Notes: generated by a model from the letters alone, not told the origin. 28,898 nucleotides of DNA from Myxococcota bacterium (GCA_036338695.1 JAYZBQ010000035.1:1-28898), one strand, 5' to 3'. Numbered from the stretch's first letter, positions 15,701 through 25,163 are shown. Made by a program: numbers and translations.

Positions 15701-18700
15701 CGCACGAGCCGGTACGTCTGTGTGTTCTCGTTCGCCACGTTGAAGACGAGGTCGTAGGTCTGGTCGTCGGAGCGCTCATAGGCTTGCCAATAGTCGTTAC
15801 CCTCGACCGACTGATCGACACGCACCCACGCTTCGCCGTCGAGACGCTCCAAGCGCCAACCGTCGGGGCGAGCCAAGCCTCGGATGGTCACCGGTACGTA
15901 GCCCAGCCCGCCGCTGAGTCGGAATTCCACCGCCGTGGCGCCGTCGACTGCCTCGAGCTCGACCGGTTGTTCGGCGCGCACCGACCCGACCAGCGCTTGT
16001 GCAATCACTTGGTTCTCTGCAGCGAGGTGTTGAAGCATGGCGGTGCTCTGAAAGTGCTCGCGCGGCATAGCGAGAAGATACTCGCTCTGACCATAGTAGG
16101 CGTCTTTGTCGGCGGGGGGGATGACATACTCGACAACCGCTTGGAGGCGAGAGCCCGCCGGGATGACACGGCGTGCCTCGTCGTAGGGGATCCCCAGCTC
16201 AAAACCCATCTGTGAGAAGCCACCGTTAAAGGTTCGGTGGATGTTGATGTGCGGCGTGGTCACGACCTCGTCCCCCAGCGTGGCTCGGTAGGAGCGCACG
16301 ATGAAGCCGACGTTCGCTAAGCGCTCCGGGAGCGCGTCGCCGCTGCGCTGGTTGTCGTAGAGCATGACCCAGGGTGCTGCGCCATCGATGGGGATCCCGC
16401 GCTGATCGGCGCTGGCATAGCCGGTCGTCCGATGGTTCGGGATGGTCCCGTCGAAGAGCAGGTTGGCGCCTGCGCCGTAGGCGTAGCGCGTAAAACCGTT
16501 GTCGCTGTAGCGATCCGCGGCGACCTGAAACAGAGCGAAGCGGCGGTACTCGATCGTCTCGAGGATCTCGTAGTCGAAGTGATAGTAGGCGCGCACCAGA
16601 TCGTCTGTGCGTCCAAGCTGCGTACGGATCTGCGCTCGCACGGCGCCGTCGCGCGAGATACCGCTGTAGACCACGTTGGTCAGGTTGGGGCCCGTGTATT
16701 CATAATGCGTCCGCAGGCGCCCCAAGCGTTGGTGCCTGCCTTGATCATCAAAGTAGCGTAAAAAGTCTGCGCCGCCGACGTTGCCGGTCCAGCGCCAGCG
16801 CGTGCCTGCGTCCACGAGGAAGGGGCGCACGTCATCGACCATGGCTCGACCGAGTGTGAGGTCCGGGTCGTAGGTGATCGATTCACCGTTGCAGCCGATC
16901 GAGGACTCATCCCATTGCTGGTTTTGACCCCAGCCGACCAGCGAGAGCTGTGCATGCTGCGTGGCGTAGGCCTCGCCCCATTTCGAGTGCGCAAAGGTCA
17001 GCTCCACCTCATGGGTGCCGGTTGTCAGCTCCATCGCGCTGTAGAGATGATACCACTGCGTGCCGTGCCAGTTCTTCGAGATTTGGAGCGGGACCCCGGT
17101 CGGCTCGCCGCTGAGGTCTCGAAAGAGCGGGCTCCCGCCGACGATGTAGGCGGTTGCGTTGCCGCCGCCGTCGAAGGCTAGGGGTACCGAGATCGCTTGC
17201 TCATCTTGGTTGGTGATGCGCAGCTGATGGCGGTTGTACCAGTTGTGCGCTTGCGGGTTCATGAGCGCATTTCCACCCGGAAAGCCGACGTCGCGCAGGT
17301 TGCGAAGCGCTATCCGATAGACACCGCGCTCGACGTCCCATGGCGCAGCGACTCGCTCATGCGCCAGCTCGCCCTGGCGGTTCATCTGAGCGAACTCGAC
17401 CGTGATGCGCTCGCTGCGGTCTTGCCAAAAACGCAGCTGCGCCGGGGTCGCTGCGGTCGAAGGGATCGCCGTGACGGAGAGGGTGAGGCGCTGTCTGGCA
17501 CGTGTCTGGGCGTAGCGGTTGCGAAAGCTCAGTCCGCCGTCGTCGCTGCGGACGATCTCGACCTCGCCCTGACTGGGGTCGAGGACGAAGGTCCAGCCGA
17601 GGCCCTCGGCGTCACGCAGGGTCACCATCCGCCCTGGCTCGACCCACTCGACGTTCGGGTAAGCCGCTGTGAAGTCGCCGGATAGGTTGGTGGTAATGGT
17701 GAGCGGTCGCCCGCCCGTCGTTGTGCGCGCCCGGTGGGTCAGGACCCAATGCCGCGGCATCGCTGCGAGCTGTATGCTGCCCTCTAAGTCGTCGCTGCTG
17801 TAGGTCACCTCCGGGATCTCGATCCGCTGCATGAAGCGACCCATGTCGATGAGCTCGGACGGGTTGGTTGGCGCCCGATCCCGACCGAAGAAGCCTTGGG
17901 CTCGGTGTTGGGCGCGCTCCTCGAGCACGGCGTACTCGACGGCGGCGCCCGGAAGGCTCGCTAGAACGCTGTTTTCTTGGTTCAGCGCTTGATGCGGGCT
18001 CTCGGCTTGAGCCAGCGGTCCCAGCGTGCTGATGCTGGCGCGCCCGACGTCGAAGGTGAGCCCGTAGTAGCCCGTCTGCACGTGATGGACGTTCAGATAC
18101 TGCCGCCAGCGATGCCAGTGATTGGTCGGCCAAAACAGGTAGCCATAGTCACGCTCACTCAGGCGAGGAGCCATCGGGGGAACTTGGCAAGAGGTGGCGC
18201 CCTCCGAGGAGGTCAGGTCGCTCGGGCAAGGCAGGCACTCGCTGCCCGCGGCGTAGGTTCCGGCCGCGCAGATCTGACAGGTCGTCTGTCCTTCGGCTGC
18301 GACCGAGCCCTCAGAACACGGGGCGCAGACGTTGCCGCCTTGGTCAAAGGTCCCCGCAGGACACAGGTCGCAGTCGGTGTCCCTGCCGCTGGCGTCGTCG
18401 CCCGCGTCGTTCGTTGAGCCCGGCGGACAGGGCTCGCAGACGTTGTCGGTCACCGCTTGGTTTTGTTCACAGCGCACCGAGTCGCACGCTGTGTCGGGGC
18501 CGGAGGCGTCGTCACCGGCCGCGTTCTCATAGCCTGTAGGGCAAGGCGAGCAGACGTTAGCGGCGACGAATTCATTGAGGCCGCAGCGCTTGGCGGCGCA
18601 GCGCGTGTCGCCTTGCGAGGCGTCATCGCCTGCTCGGTTCGTGGTACCCGGCGCGCAGGGCTGGCATTGGTTGCTGACGACGTGCTGAGCCGCCGGGCAG

Positions 18701-18903
18701 AGGATGGCGTCGCAGCTCGTGTCGGCTCCTGCTGGGTCATCGCCGGGGGTGTTCGTGGTCCCCGCCGGGCAGGTCATGCACAGTTTGTTGAAGACGCGCG
18801 CATCCGCAGGACAAGGCGCAGGTGGATCAGGCGTCACGTCACCGCCGCACCCGCTGATCCCAAGCGTTGCGGCGGCGAAGATCAGTGTCCCGCAGCTCTT
18901 CAT
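15697..18903 (-). CDS. Large lipoprotein (about 1068 aa) with N-terminal Cys-rich tandem repeats and an unrecognised C-terminal region of about 820 aa
   Basis: Lipobox ISG-C. Four CxxCxxGxxNxxGDDxxxxDTxC repeats, followed by shorter CxxCxxG repeats resembling GCC2_GCC3/ephrin-receptor-like repeats. Start placed at ATG 18903. Confidence 0.82.
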   Translation of the reverse strand: MKSCGTLIFAAATLGISGCGGDVTPDPPAPCPADARVFNKLCMTCPAGTTNTPGDDPAGADTSCDAILCPAAQHVVSNQCQPCAPGTTNRAGDDASQGDTRCAAKRCGLNEFVAANVCSPCPTGYENAAGDDASGPDTACDSVRCEQNQAVTDNVCEPCPPGSTNDAGDDASGRDTDCDLCPAGTFDQGGNVCAPCSEGSVAAEGQTTCQICAAGTYAAGSECLPCPSDLTSSEGATSCQVPPMAPRLSERDYGYLFWPTNHWHRWRQYLNVHHVQTGYYGLTFDVGRASISTLGPLAQAESPHQALNQENSVLASLPGAAVEYAVLEERAQHRAQGFFGRDRAPTNPSELIDMGRFMQRIEIPEVTYSSDDLEGSIQLAAMPRHWVLTHRARTTTGGRPLTITTNLSGDFTAAYPNVEWVEPGRMVTLRDAEGLGWTFVLDPSQGEVEIVRSDDGGLSFRNRYAQTRARQRLTLSVTAIPSTAATPAQLRFWQDRSERITVEFAQMNRQGELAHERVAAPWDVERGVYRIALRNLRDVGFPGGNALMNPQAHNWYNRHQLRITNQDEQAISVPLAFDGGGNATAYIVGGSPLFRDLSGEPTGVPLQISKNWHGTQWYHLYSAMELTTGTHEVELTFAHSKWGEAYATQHAQLSLVGWGQNQQWDESSIGCNGESITYDPDLTLGRAMVDDVRPFLVDAGTRWRWTGNVGGADFLRYFDDQGRHQRLGRLRTHYEYTGPNLTNVVYSGISRDGAVRAQIRTQLGRTDDLVRAYYHFDYEILETIEYRRFALFQVAADRYSDNGFTRYAYGAGANLLFDGTIPNHRTTGYASADQRGIPIDGAAPWVMLYDNQRSGDALPERLANVGFIVRSYRATLGDEVVTTPHINIHRTFNGGFSQMGFELGIPYDEARRVIPAGSRLQAVVEYVIPPADKDAYYGQSEYLLAMPREHFQSTAMLQHLAAENQVIAQALVGSVRAEQPVELEAVDGATAVEFRLSGGLGYVPVTIRGLARPDGWRLERLDGEAWVRVDQSVEGNDYWQAYERSDDQTYDLVFNVANENTQTYRLVR
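18187..18813 (-). repeat. Coding tandem repeat, 114-nt (38-aa) period x4 plus shorter Cys repeats
   Basis: The GDD-encoding blocks begin at 18394, 18508, 18622 and 18736, exactly 114 nt apart. Confidence 0.9.
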
Positions 18904-18953
18904 AGCACCCCCAACGCGTCGTGTGATCGAGCGTAGTTTGGTTGTCTCATCCA

Positions 18954-18976
18954 CGCAACGCCCCGTTGCGCAACGG
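18954..18976. promoter_or_regulatory. Overlapping inverted repeats in a divergent promoter region, possible operator
   Basis: Perfect 14-bp palindrome CCGTTGCGCAACGG (18963-18976) plus a third CGCAACG half-site at 18954-18960. Confidence 0.35.
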
Positions 18977-19031
18977 TGTATGGCGATATCCGCACCAGCG
19001 AGGTACGCTCTGTACGCGAGAGGGGGGCGGT

Positions 19032-20072
19032 GTGACGGCGGTCGATCGAAGGCATATGGTGTCGCAGCTGGCGCTGGGCATGTTGGGCTTTGCGATGGGT
19101 TGCGTGCGCCCCGCAGCGTCGCGCCTTGAGCGCGCGAAAGGGGGGACCGATATGGGCGCTGAACGAGAGCGTGGCAGCGGAGATGCGCTGCAACCCGTCA
19201 CCGCCGTCGTCAGAGCGCGTGAGCAGCACTGGGTCGGCGACGGATTTTACGTGAGCACGATCTTCTCGCCGCATCGCATGGACGCTCAGCTCTTGAGCCC
19301 GTTTATCATGATGGATTACGGCGCCCCTCGCCATTTCGAGCCAACTCAGCGACGGCGAGGGGTGGGTGAGCACCCGCACCGAGGCTTTGAGACCGTGACC
19401 TTCGCTTATCAGGGTGAGGTCGACCACCGCGACTCTTACGGCGGCGGCGGGACCATCATGCCCGGTGATGTTCAGTGGATGACGGCTGCCTCCGGAGTGG
19501 TCCATGAAGAGATGCACTCTGAGCGTTTCGCACAGACGGGTGGGCTGTTTGAGATGGTCCAGCTCTGGGTCAACCTGCCCGCTCGGCTCAAGATGACCTC
19601 GCCGCGCTATCAAGCGCTGAAAGGGCAAACGTTCGGACGGCTGAGCCTCGGCGGCGCCAAGGGGCGCGTGATCGCAGGTGAGGTGGCGGGGGTGAAGGGT
19701 CCGGCGCTGACCCATTCTCCGATCACGCTGTTTGATCTCGAGTGGTCTGAGCCGGGACTCAGCGAGTTCGCGCTGACGCCCGGCACCACGACCCTTCTGT
19801 TCTTCTTGAGCGGGCAAGCTCAGGTGCAAGGCAGCACGTCCGTTCAGGCGGGGAGTTTGGTGATCATGGACCGCTCGCAGCCTGGCACGCTCCGCATCGA
19901 AGGGGACGCACAGACCAAGCTGCTCGTGCTCAACGGTGAGCCGCTCAACGAGCCGGTCGTGGCGCATGGCCCCTTTGTCATGAACACGCGCGACGAGATC
20001 ATCACGGCGATCCGCGACTACCAACGCGGCGCGATGGGCTCACTCAAGCCTAGCGAGGGTCAGTCTGGCTGA
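19032..20072 (+). CDS. Pirin family protein (bicupin); start either GTG 19032 (Tat/lipoprotein-like leader) or ATG 19152
   Basis: VGDGF, SPF...D, HPHRGFETVT, VQWMTAASGVVHEE, QLWVNLP and EPVVAHGPFVMNT. Confidence 0.9.
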   Translation: MTAVDRRHMVSQLALGMLGFAMGCVRPAASRLERAKGGTDMGAERERGSGDALQPVTAVVRAREQHWVGDGFYVSTIFSPHRMDAQLLSPFIMMDYGAPRHFEPTQRRRGVGEHPHRGFETVTFAYQGEVDHRDSYGGGGTIMPGDVQWMTAASGVVHEEMHSERFAQTGGLFEMVQLWVNLPARLKMTSPRYQALKGQTFGRLSLGGAKGRVIAGEVAGVKGPALTHSPITLFDLEWSEPGLSEFALTPGTTTLLFFLSGQAQVQGSTSVQAGSLVIMDRSQPGTLRIEGDAQTKLLVLNGEPLNEPVVAHGPFVMNTRDEIITAIRDYQRGAMGSLKPSEGQSG

Positions 20073-20488
20073 GCGGCTGCTGCAGCGCTCAGCGCACGCA
20101 GGACGCCGAGCGCTCGCTCGGCTTGGCGGCTCGGGACGAGCAGGTGGTCGTGACGCGCCCCGGCGATGACGTTGGCGGGGATGCCCTCGTCGGCGAGCGC
20201 TTGCGCAACAGCCGCCGTCAAACCGACCGCTTCTAGGCTCGAGTGCACCGTCAGTGTGATCCAGCGAAAGACGGTGCCGCTGGCCAGACCGGCTCGCTCA
20301 GCAGCGCGCTGTGTCAGCACCAAGGAGAGCCCCTCGGGCTCCCAGACCGTCGCCAGTGGCTCAAGCACTTCAAGGTCCGGCTCCTCGTCGGGAGCGCACG
20401 CGTGGAAGACGACTGCGCGCCGATCGAGGACGGGTTTCAGCTCAGCCAGCAGTGTGGACAGCTGCTTGATCGGTGTGCGCTCGGTCAT
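20060..20488 (-). CDS. ACT-domain protein (DUF2241/ACT_3-ACT_7 type)
   Basis: EPEGLSLV, ITLTVHSSLEAVGLTAAVA and IPANVIAG..HDHL.V. GAGGAG precedes ATG 20488. Confidence 0.88.
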   Translation of the reverse strand: MTERTPIKQLSTLLAELKPVLDRRAVVFHACAPDEEPDLEVLEPLATVWEPEGLSLVLTQRAAERAGLASGTVFRWITLTVHSSLEAVGLTAAVAQALADEGIPANVIAGARHDHLLVPSRQAERALGVLRALSAAAAAQPD

Positions 20489-20651
20489 CGCGTGGCGCTC
20501 CTCAGCGTGCCTAACGCTTGCTTGCCTCGAGGCGGGAGGCGCGGGGAAGAGTCGGTCGACGTCATCGCCGGCGTAAGTACACCAACTCAAAGCCCGGCGG
20601 TCTCGTCAGCGCGTCAACCGGGCGTCAGGCGGTTGCCTGGTGAGCGCAGCG

Positions 20652-21509
20652 CTAGAAGTCGTAGCCAAAGCCGAGCGTGACGCTCATGCTGTGCAACCAG
20701 TTGGCGGTGAACCCGTCATCGTCAAAGCCGTTCGCTTGGTTCTGACGCAAGTTGTCGTCGCTGATCCCCTCAGCGCCGCCACCGAGGTAGCGAAGGTTGA
20801 GGTAGGCGAGCGCTTCCGGCGTGAGGTAGCGACCGAACCGGTAGCTGGCGTCGAGGATGGCGCCGACGACGTCATTATCGTCGCCGTTGAGGTAGCTGAC
20901 GGGCGCATAGAACCCATCGGCCTCGATGGCTTGCCAGCACGCTCCCATGTCGTGGTTCCAGCGCATCTTGAGGATGGGCACCGGGCCAATGTCTCGGTTC
21001 GAAGACAGGAGCGTACCGTCTTCGGTGGCAAACTCGATAGTGGCGTTACGCAGCTGCAGCGAGACGCCAAACGAGAGCTGGTGCTTGGGGGTCTGCATGG
21101 CGTGATACAGGTAGCTGCCGCGCCAGAAGCCAAAATCATACACAACACGCGTGGGCGAGCCACCCGGGATGATCACATCCTCAAATCGGGTCCCGCTGCC
21201 GTCAGCTCGAATCGGCATCCGTACAAAACTCTCAAGGAGTAAGGGCTGCGCCAGAAAGATCAGCTCGTGCCGATCGTTGAGGGGGACCTCCACGCTCAAG
21301 CGAAGGAAGTCAAAGAGGTTATCCTGCCCGCCTTCCGTGATGTAGTCGAAGGGCGTCCCCTCCTTGCCGAACTGGATGCTGTGGTCGAGGATCGCCGCAA
21401 AGCCAAGCTCAGCGCGCAGTTTAAGGGGGCTGTCTGTCGACGTGACCTTCTTGGCCTGGGCCGGGAGCGCCACGAGGCAGGCGGTGAGGAGCCAGGTGAG
21501 CTGTCGCAT
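20652..21509 (-). CDS. Hypothetical outer-membrane beta-barrel protein
   Basis: Sec signal ending in AQA, amphipathic aromatic-rich strands and a C-terminal BAM-type signature LGFGYDF. GGAGA RBS. Confidence 0.7.
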   Translation of the reverse strand: MRQLTWLLTACLVALPAQAKKVTSTDSPLKLRAELGFAAILDHSIQFGKEGTPFDYITEGGQDNLFDFLRLSVEVPLNDRHELIFLAQPLLLESFVRMPIRADGSGTRFEDVIIPGGSPTRVVYDFGFWRGSYLYHAMQTPKHQLSFGVSLQLRNATIEFATEDGTLLSSNRDIGPVPILKMRWNHDMGACWQAIEADGFYAPVSYLNGDDNDVVGAILDASYRFGRYLTPEALAYLNLRYLGGGAEGISDDNLRQNQANGFDDDGFTANWLHSMSVTLGFGYDF

Positions 21510-21889
21510 GGTGATTCTCCAAAATCGTCCTGCGTGTATTGGTCGATTTGGACTAATTTTACAAGGATATTCGTCTATGGGCGGCTTTTTCGGTCGCTTT
21601 GGCCGTTTCGGGTGCGAATTCCTACCGAATAAGGTCGTCGCTTAGGCGCTGGCGCCAACGCTTTGAAGCGCTGCGGGTCGATTGGGTGTGTGTTCGCTCG
21701 GCGGCGTCGGGCGGGACGCTATGGTGCCATGCGGACCGCCGCCCGCGCGCGCGGTCGCAACCCTCAGGTCGGCACTTGGAGCGATACCCGCGCAGCGTGA
21801 ATGAGCAGAATTATCCTTGTCTTAATCTCATTTCGGAACAACTGCGTAGCCACATGGACGGCTCTTGGCGCCGTGAGATGGGGGATAAG

Positions 21890-22873
21890 ATGAAGCTCGC
21901 AACCCGAAAAAACGGAACCCGTGACGGTGAGTTGTTGGTCGTCTCAAGTGACAACCAGACTGCTGTAGTCGCCGGTGACTCGGTCCCCACGATGCAGGCT
22001 CTGCTCGACGACTGGGCCACTCAGTCGGCGAAGGTCGCGGGTATCTATGAGGCGCTCAACGCTGGGGAGCGAGCCGACGCCTTCGCCGTCGATGAGTCGA
22101 CCCTGCACAGCCCCTTCCCACGCGCTTACGGTTGGATCGACGGCAGCGCCTACATCAACCACATCGTGTTGGTCCGCAAAGCGCGCAACGCCGAGCCCCC
22201 CGAGACCCTCCGGACGGACCCGCTCGTTTATCAGGGCGGCAGCGACACCTTCCTTGGGCCGCGCGACAACATCCCCCTGGCCGATACGGCGTGGGGCTGT
22301 GATTTCGAGTCAGAGGTGGCGGTGGTGCTAGACGACACGCCACAGGGTGTGAAGCCTGAAGAGGTGGGTCAGTACGTGCGGCTTGTCATGCTCTGCAACG
22401 ACGTCTCGCTGCGCAACCTGATCCCAGGAGAGCTCGCTAAGGGCTTTGGGTTCTTCACCTCCAAGCCATCCTCGGCCTTTAGCCCCTTCGCCATCTCACC
22501 CGACGAGCTCGGAGACGCCTGGCAGGACGGGCGCGTCCACCTGCCCCTGATCACGCACCTCAACGGTGAGAAGTACGGCGACCCCGACGCAGGTCCTGAG
22601 ATGCATTTTAGCTTCTTCGACATCGTGGCGCATGTGTGCAAAACGCGCTCGCTGAGCGCCGGCACGATCGTCGGGAGCGGGACCATCAGCAACGTGGACC
22701 GAAGCCGCGGGTCGTCCTGTTTGGCTGAGAAGCGTATGATCGAGAAGATCGACACCGGCGAGTTCGTGACGCCCTTCATGAACTACGGTGATCGCGTGGC
22801 GATCGAGATGTTCAACGCCGCGGGGCAGAGCCTGTTTGGTCGCATCGATCAGACGGTGGTCAAGAAAGCCTAG
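21890..22873 (+). CDS. fahA: Fumarylacetoacetate hydrolase family protein
   Basis: MKLAT...RDG.L.VVS, DGSAY.NH, YQGGSD, DFESEVAV, NDVSLRNL...ELAKGFGF and GTIVGSGT. Adjacent to maiA and hppD. Start at ATG 21890. Confidence 0.88.
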   Translation: MKLATRKNGTRDGELLVVSSDNQTAVVAGDSVPTMQALLDDWATQSAKVAGIYEALNAGERADAFAVDESTLHSPFPRAYGWIDGSAYINHIVLVRKARNAEPPETLRTDPLVYQGGSDTFLGPRDNIPLADTAWGCDFESEVAVVLDDTPQGVKPEEVGQYVRLVMLCNDVSLRNLIPGELAKGFGFFTSKPSSAFSPFAISPDELGDAWQDGRVHLPLITHLNGEKYGDPDAGPEMHFSFFDIVAHVCKTRSLSAGTIVGSGTISNVDRSRGSSCLAEKRMIEKIDTGEFVTPFMNYGDRVAIEMFNAAGQSLFGRIDQTVVKKA

Positions 22874-22882
22874 GCGACGTCG

Positions 22883-23533
22883 ATGACCGTGACATTGCGC
22901 AGTTACTGGCGCTCCTCCTGCTCATGGCGTGTTCGCATTGCGCTTCATCTCAAGGGCGTCGACTTCGAGACCGTCAGCGTCCACCTGGTTCGAGATGGTG
23001 GCGAACAGCACCAGCCTGAACACCGCTCGCTCAACCCCATGCGGGAGCTGCCGGTGCTGATGGTCGACGGACAACCCGTCGCACAGAGCATGGCGATTCT
23101 TGAGTACCTCGAGGAGGTCTATCCGACCCCCGCGTTGTTGCCGAGCGATCCGATGGCGCGAGCGCGGGTGCGCCAGATGGCGGAGGTGATCAACAGCGGC
23201 ATCCAGCCGATCCAGAATCTGCGCGTGATGCAGCGGCTCGGGAGCCTGTTTGATCGACCCAAGGCGGACCAAGTTCAGTGGTCGAAGGAGTGGATTGAGT
23301 TCGGGTTCGACGGGTTGCATCGCTTGGTCGAGGCGCATGGCGGCCGCTATGCCCATGGTGACGCCATCAGCTACGCCGACCTCTGCCTGATCCCTCAGCT
23401 CTACAACGCCCGTCGATTTGACGTCGAGCTCAGCCGCTTCCCCCGCTTGCTAGAGGTGGAGTCCGAACTGATCGAGCTCCCTGCCTTTGCGGCGGCTCAC
23501 CCCGACCAGCAGCCGGACGCTGTCTTAGCGTAA
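22883..23533 (+). CDS. maiA: Maleylacetoacetate isomerase (zeta-class GST)
   Basis: YWRSSCSWRVRIAL, QSMAILEYL, SGIQPIQNL, QLYNARRF and AHPDQQPD. Confidence 0.95.
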   Translation: MTVTLRSYWRSSCSWRVRIALHLKGVDFETVSVHLVRDGGEQHQPEHRSLNPMRELPVLMVDGQPVAQSMAILEYLEEVYPTPALLPSDPMARARVRQMAEVINSGIQPIQNLRVMQRLGSLFDRPKADQVQWSKEWIEFGFDGLHRLVEAHGGRYAHGDAISYADLCLIPQLYNARRFDVELSRFPRLLEVESELIELPAFAAAHPDQQPDAVLA

Positions 23534-24007
23534 GTCGGGGATGACCTCGATGAGCGCCGCCAGCTCGCGGCAGAGCTGCGCCTGACGCTCTGCGCTGAGC
23601 TCAGCGCTTGCGAGTTCGGTCACCTCCTGAACGAGCGGCATGATCTCATTGTACAGCTGCTCGCCTGAGGGGGTGAGGTGGAGGTGGCTGAGGCGACCGT
23701 CCGTCTGCGAGGCTTCTCGCCGCACGCTGCCGCGCGCCAGCAGGGCTTTGGTGGCGCGGCTGACGATCCCCTTATCCATCGGGGTTATGGCGACGACCTC
23801 CGCAGAGGTCCGCCCGGGTACCTCGGCGATTGCAGCGAGCACGCGCCACTGCGAGAGGTTGAGTCCATGCGCTTTGATAAGCTGGGCGGTGCGGCGAGCG
23901 ATCCGGTCGGAGAGCACCGTCACGAGGTAGGGCCAGAATTGATCGAGCGTTACCACCGCCTGGGCGCCCGTACGCTCAGCGGTTCTTTGGTGTGTATTAG
24001 TTGTCAT
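23525..24007 (-). CDS. MarR family transcriptional regulator, probably controlling the tyrosine catabolic genes
   Basis: WRVLAAI, MDKGIVSRA..L, DGR...L.LT.SG winged helix. Divergent from hppD. Confidence 0.9.
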   Translation of the reverse strand: MTTNTHQRTAERTGAQAVVTLDQFWPYLVTVLSDRIARRTAQLIKAHGLNLSQWRVLAAIAEVPGRTSAEVVAITPMDKGIVSRATKALLARGSVRREASQTDGRLSHLHLTPSGEQLYNEIMPLVQEVTELASAELSAERQAQLCRELAALIEVIPDLR

Positions 24008-24014
24008 CACAACT
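23999..24014. promoter_or_regulatory. Candidate MarR operator AGTTGT-N4-ACAACT
   Basis: Perfect 6-bp inverted repeat overlapping the MarR start codon. CATCACAAC is repeated at 24021-24029 and a TTGACC -35-like hexamer lies at 24014-24019. Confidence 0.5.
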
Positions 24015-24075
24015 TGACCCCATCACAACGACTAGCTAATCGATCCAGGCATGGACCGCAACTGAGGATTTGAAG

Positions 24076-25143
24076 ATGGCTGATCTGTTCGACAACCCGA
24101 TGGGCCTAGCAGGCTTTGAGTTCGTTGAGTTTACCGCCCCCGAGAAGGGGATCATCGAGCCCGTGTTCGAGGCGATCGGGATGACCCGCATCGCCAAGCA
24201 CCGCTCGAAAGATGTGCACCTCTGGCGACAAGGCGGCATCAACATGTTGATCAACTACGAGCCAGGCAGCCACGCCGCCTTTTACGCCGCAGAGCATGGT
24301 CCATCGGCTTGTGCCATGGGCTTTCGCGTCAAGGACGCAGCGGCTGCTTACGCGCTGGCGCTCGAGAAGGGCGCCGAGCCGGTTGAGGTGGCGACCGGCT
24401 TTAGTGAGCTGCGACTGCCGGCGATCAAGGGCATCGGCGGCGCGACGGTTTATCTGATCGACCGATTTGAAGAGGGTTTGTCCATCTATGATGTCGACTT
24501 TGAGTACCTCGAGGGCGTGGACATTCACCCCGAGGGCTGCGGATTCAACATCATCGACCACCTGACCCACAACGTCTACAAAGGGCGCATGGACTACTGG
24601 GCGGCTTATTACGAGAACCTGTTCAACTTCCGAGAGATCCGCTTCTTTGACATCAAGGGCGAATACACAGGGCTGGTGTCGCGTGCGCTCACGGCACCCG
24701 ACGGCTTGATCCGCATCCCGCTCAACGAGGAGAAATCCGAGAAGGTCGGGCAGATCGAAGAGTATCTGCGCGAATACAAGGGCGAGGGGATCCAGCACAT
24801 CGCCTTCTCATGCGACGACCTGATCAGCTGTTGGGATCGGCTCCAGCAGAGCGGTGTCTCGTTCATGTCGCCGCCACCTGCCACCTACTACGATATGCTG
24901 GAGGAGCGCCTGCCCGGTCATGGTGAGCCGACCGACGCGTTGCGTCAGCGAGGCATCTTGCTGGACGGAACCACTGAAGGCGGTGAGCCGCGGCTTTTGC
25001 TGCAGATCTTCTCAGAGAAGGCGGTCGGTCCGATCTTCTTTGAGTTCATCCAGCGCAAAGAGGACGAAGGTTTCGGCGAGGGGAACTTTGAGGCGCTGTT
25101 CAAGTCGATCGAGCGCGACCAGCTGACCCGCGGCGTGTTGTAG
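24076..25143 (+). CDS. hppD: 4-hydroxyphenylpyruvate dioxygenase
   Basis: [35 protein letters not shown] and [32 protein letters not shown]. Confidence 0.97.
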   Translation: MADLFDNPMGLAGFEFVEFTAPEKGIIEPVFEAIGMTRIAKHRSKDVHLWRQGGINMLINYEPGSHAAFYAAEHGPSACAMGFRVKDAAAAYALALEKGAEPVEVATGFSELRLPAIKGIGGATVYLIDRFEEGLSIYDVDFEYLEGVDIHPEGCGFNIIDHLTHNVYKGRMDYWAAYYENLFNFREIRFFDIKGEYTGLVSRALTAPDGLIRIPLNEEKSEKVGQIEEYLREYKGEGIQHIAFSCDDLISCWDRLQQSGVSFMSPPPATYYDMLEERLPGHGEPTDALRQRGILLDGTTEGGEPRLLLQIFSEKAVGPIFFEFIQRKEDEGFGEGNFEALFKSIERDQLTRGVL

Positions 25144-25163
25144 GTTGCGAAAGGAGGCGCTCG

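Noticed and set aside
18394..18744. Regularly spaced repeats considered as a CRISPR array
   Set aside because: The period is 114 nt, in frame within a CDS and degenerate at codon third positions, and no cas genes are present.
21599..21889. N-terminal extensions in the ORF track for fahA (also for the phosphorylase, haloperoxidase-like, MOSC, RRM and ACT genes)
   Set aside because: They come from upstream alternative start codons. Family-like sequence and RBSs begin at the downstream starts used here.
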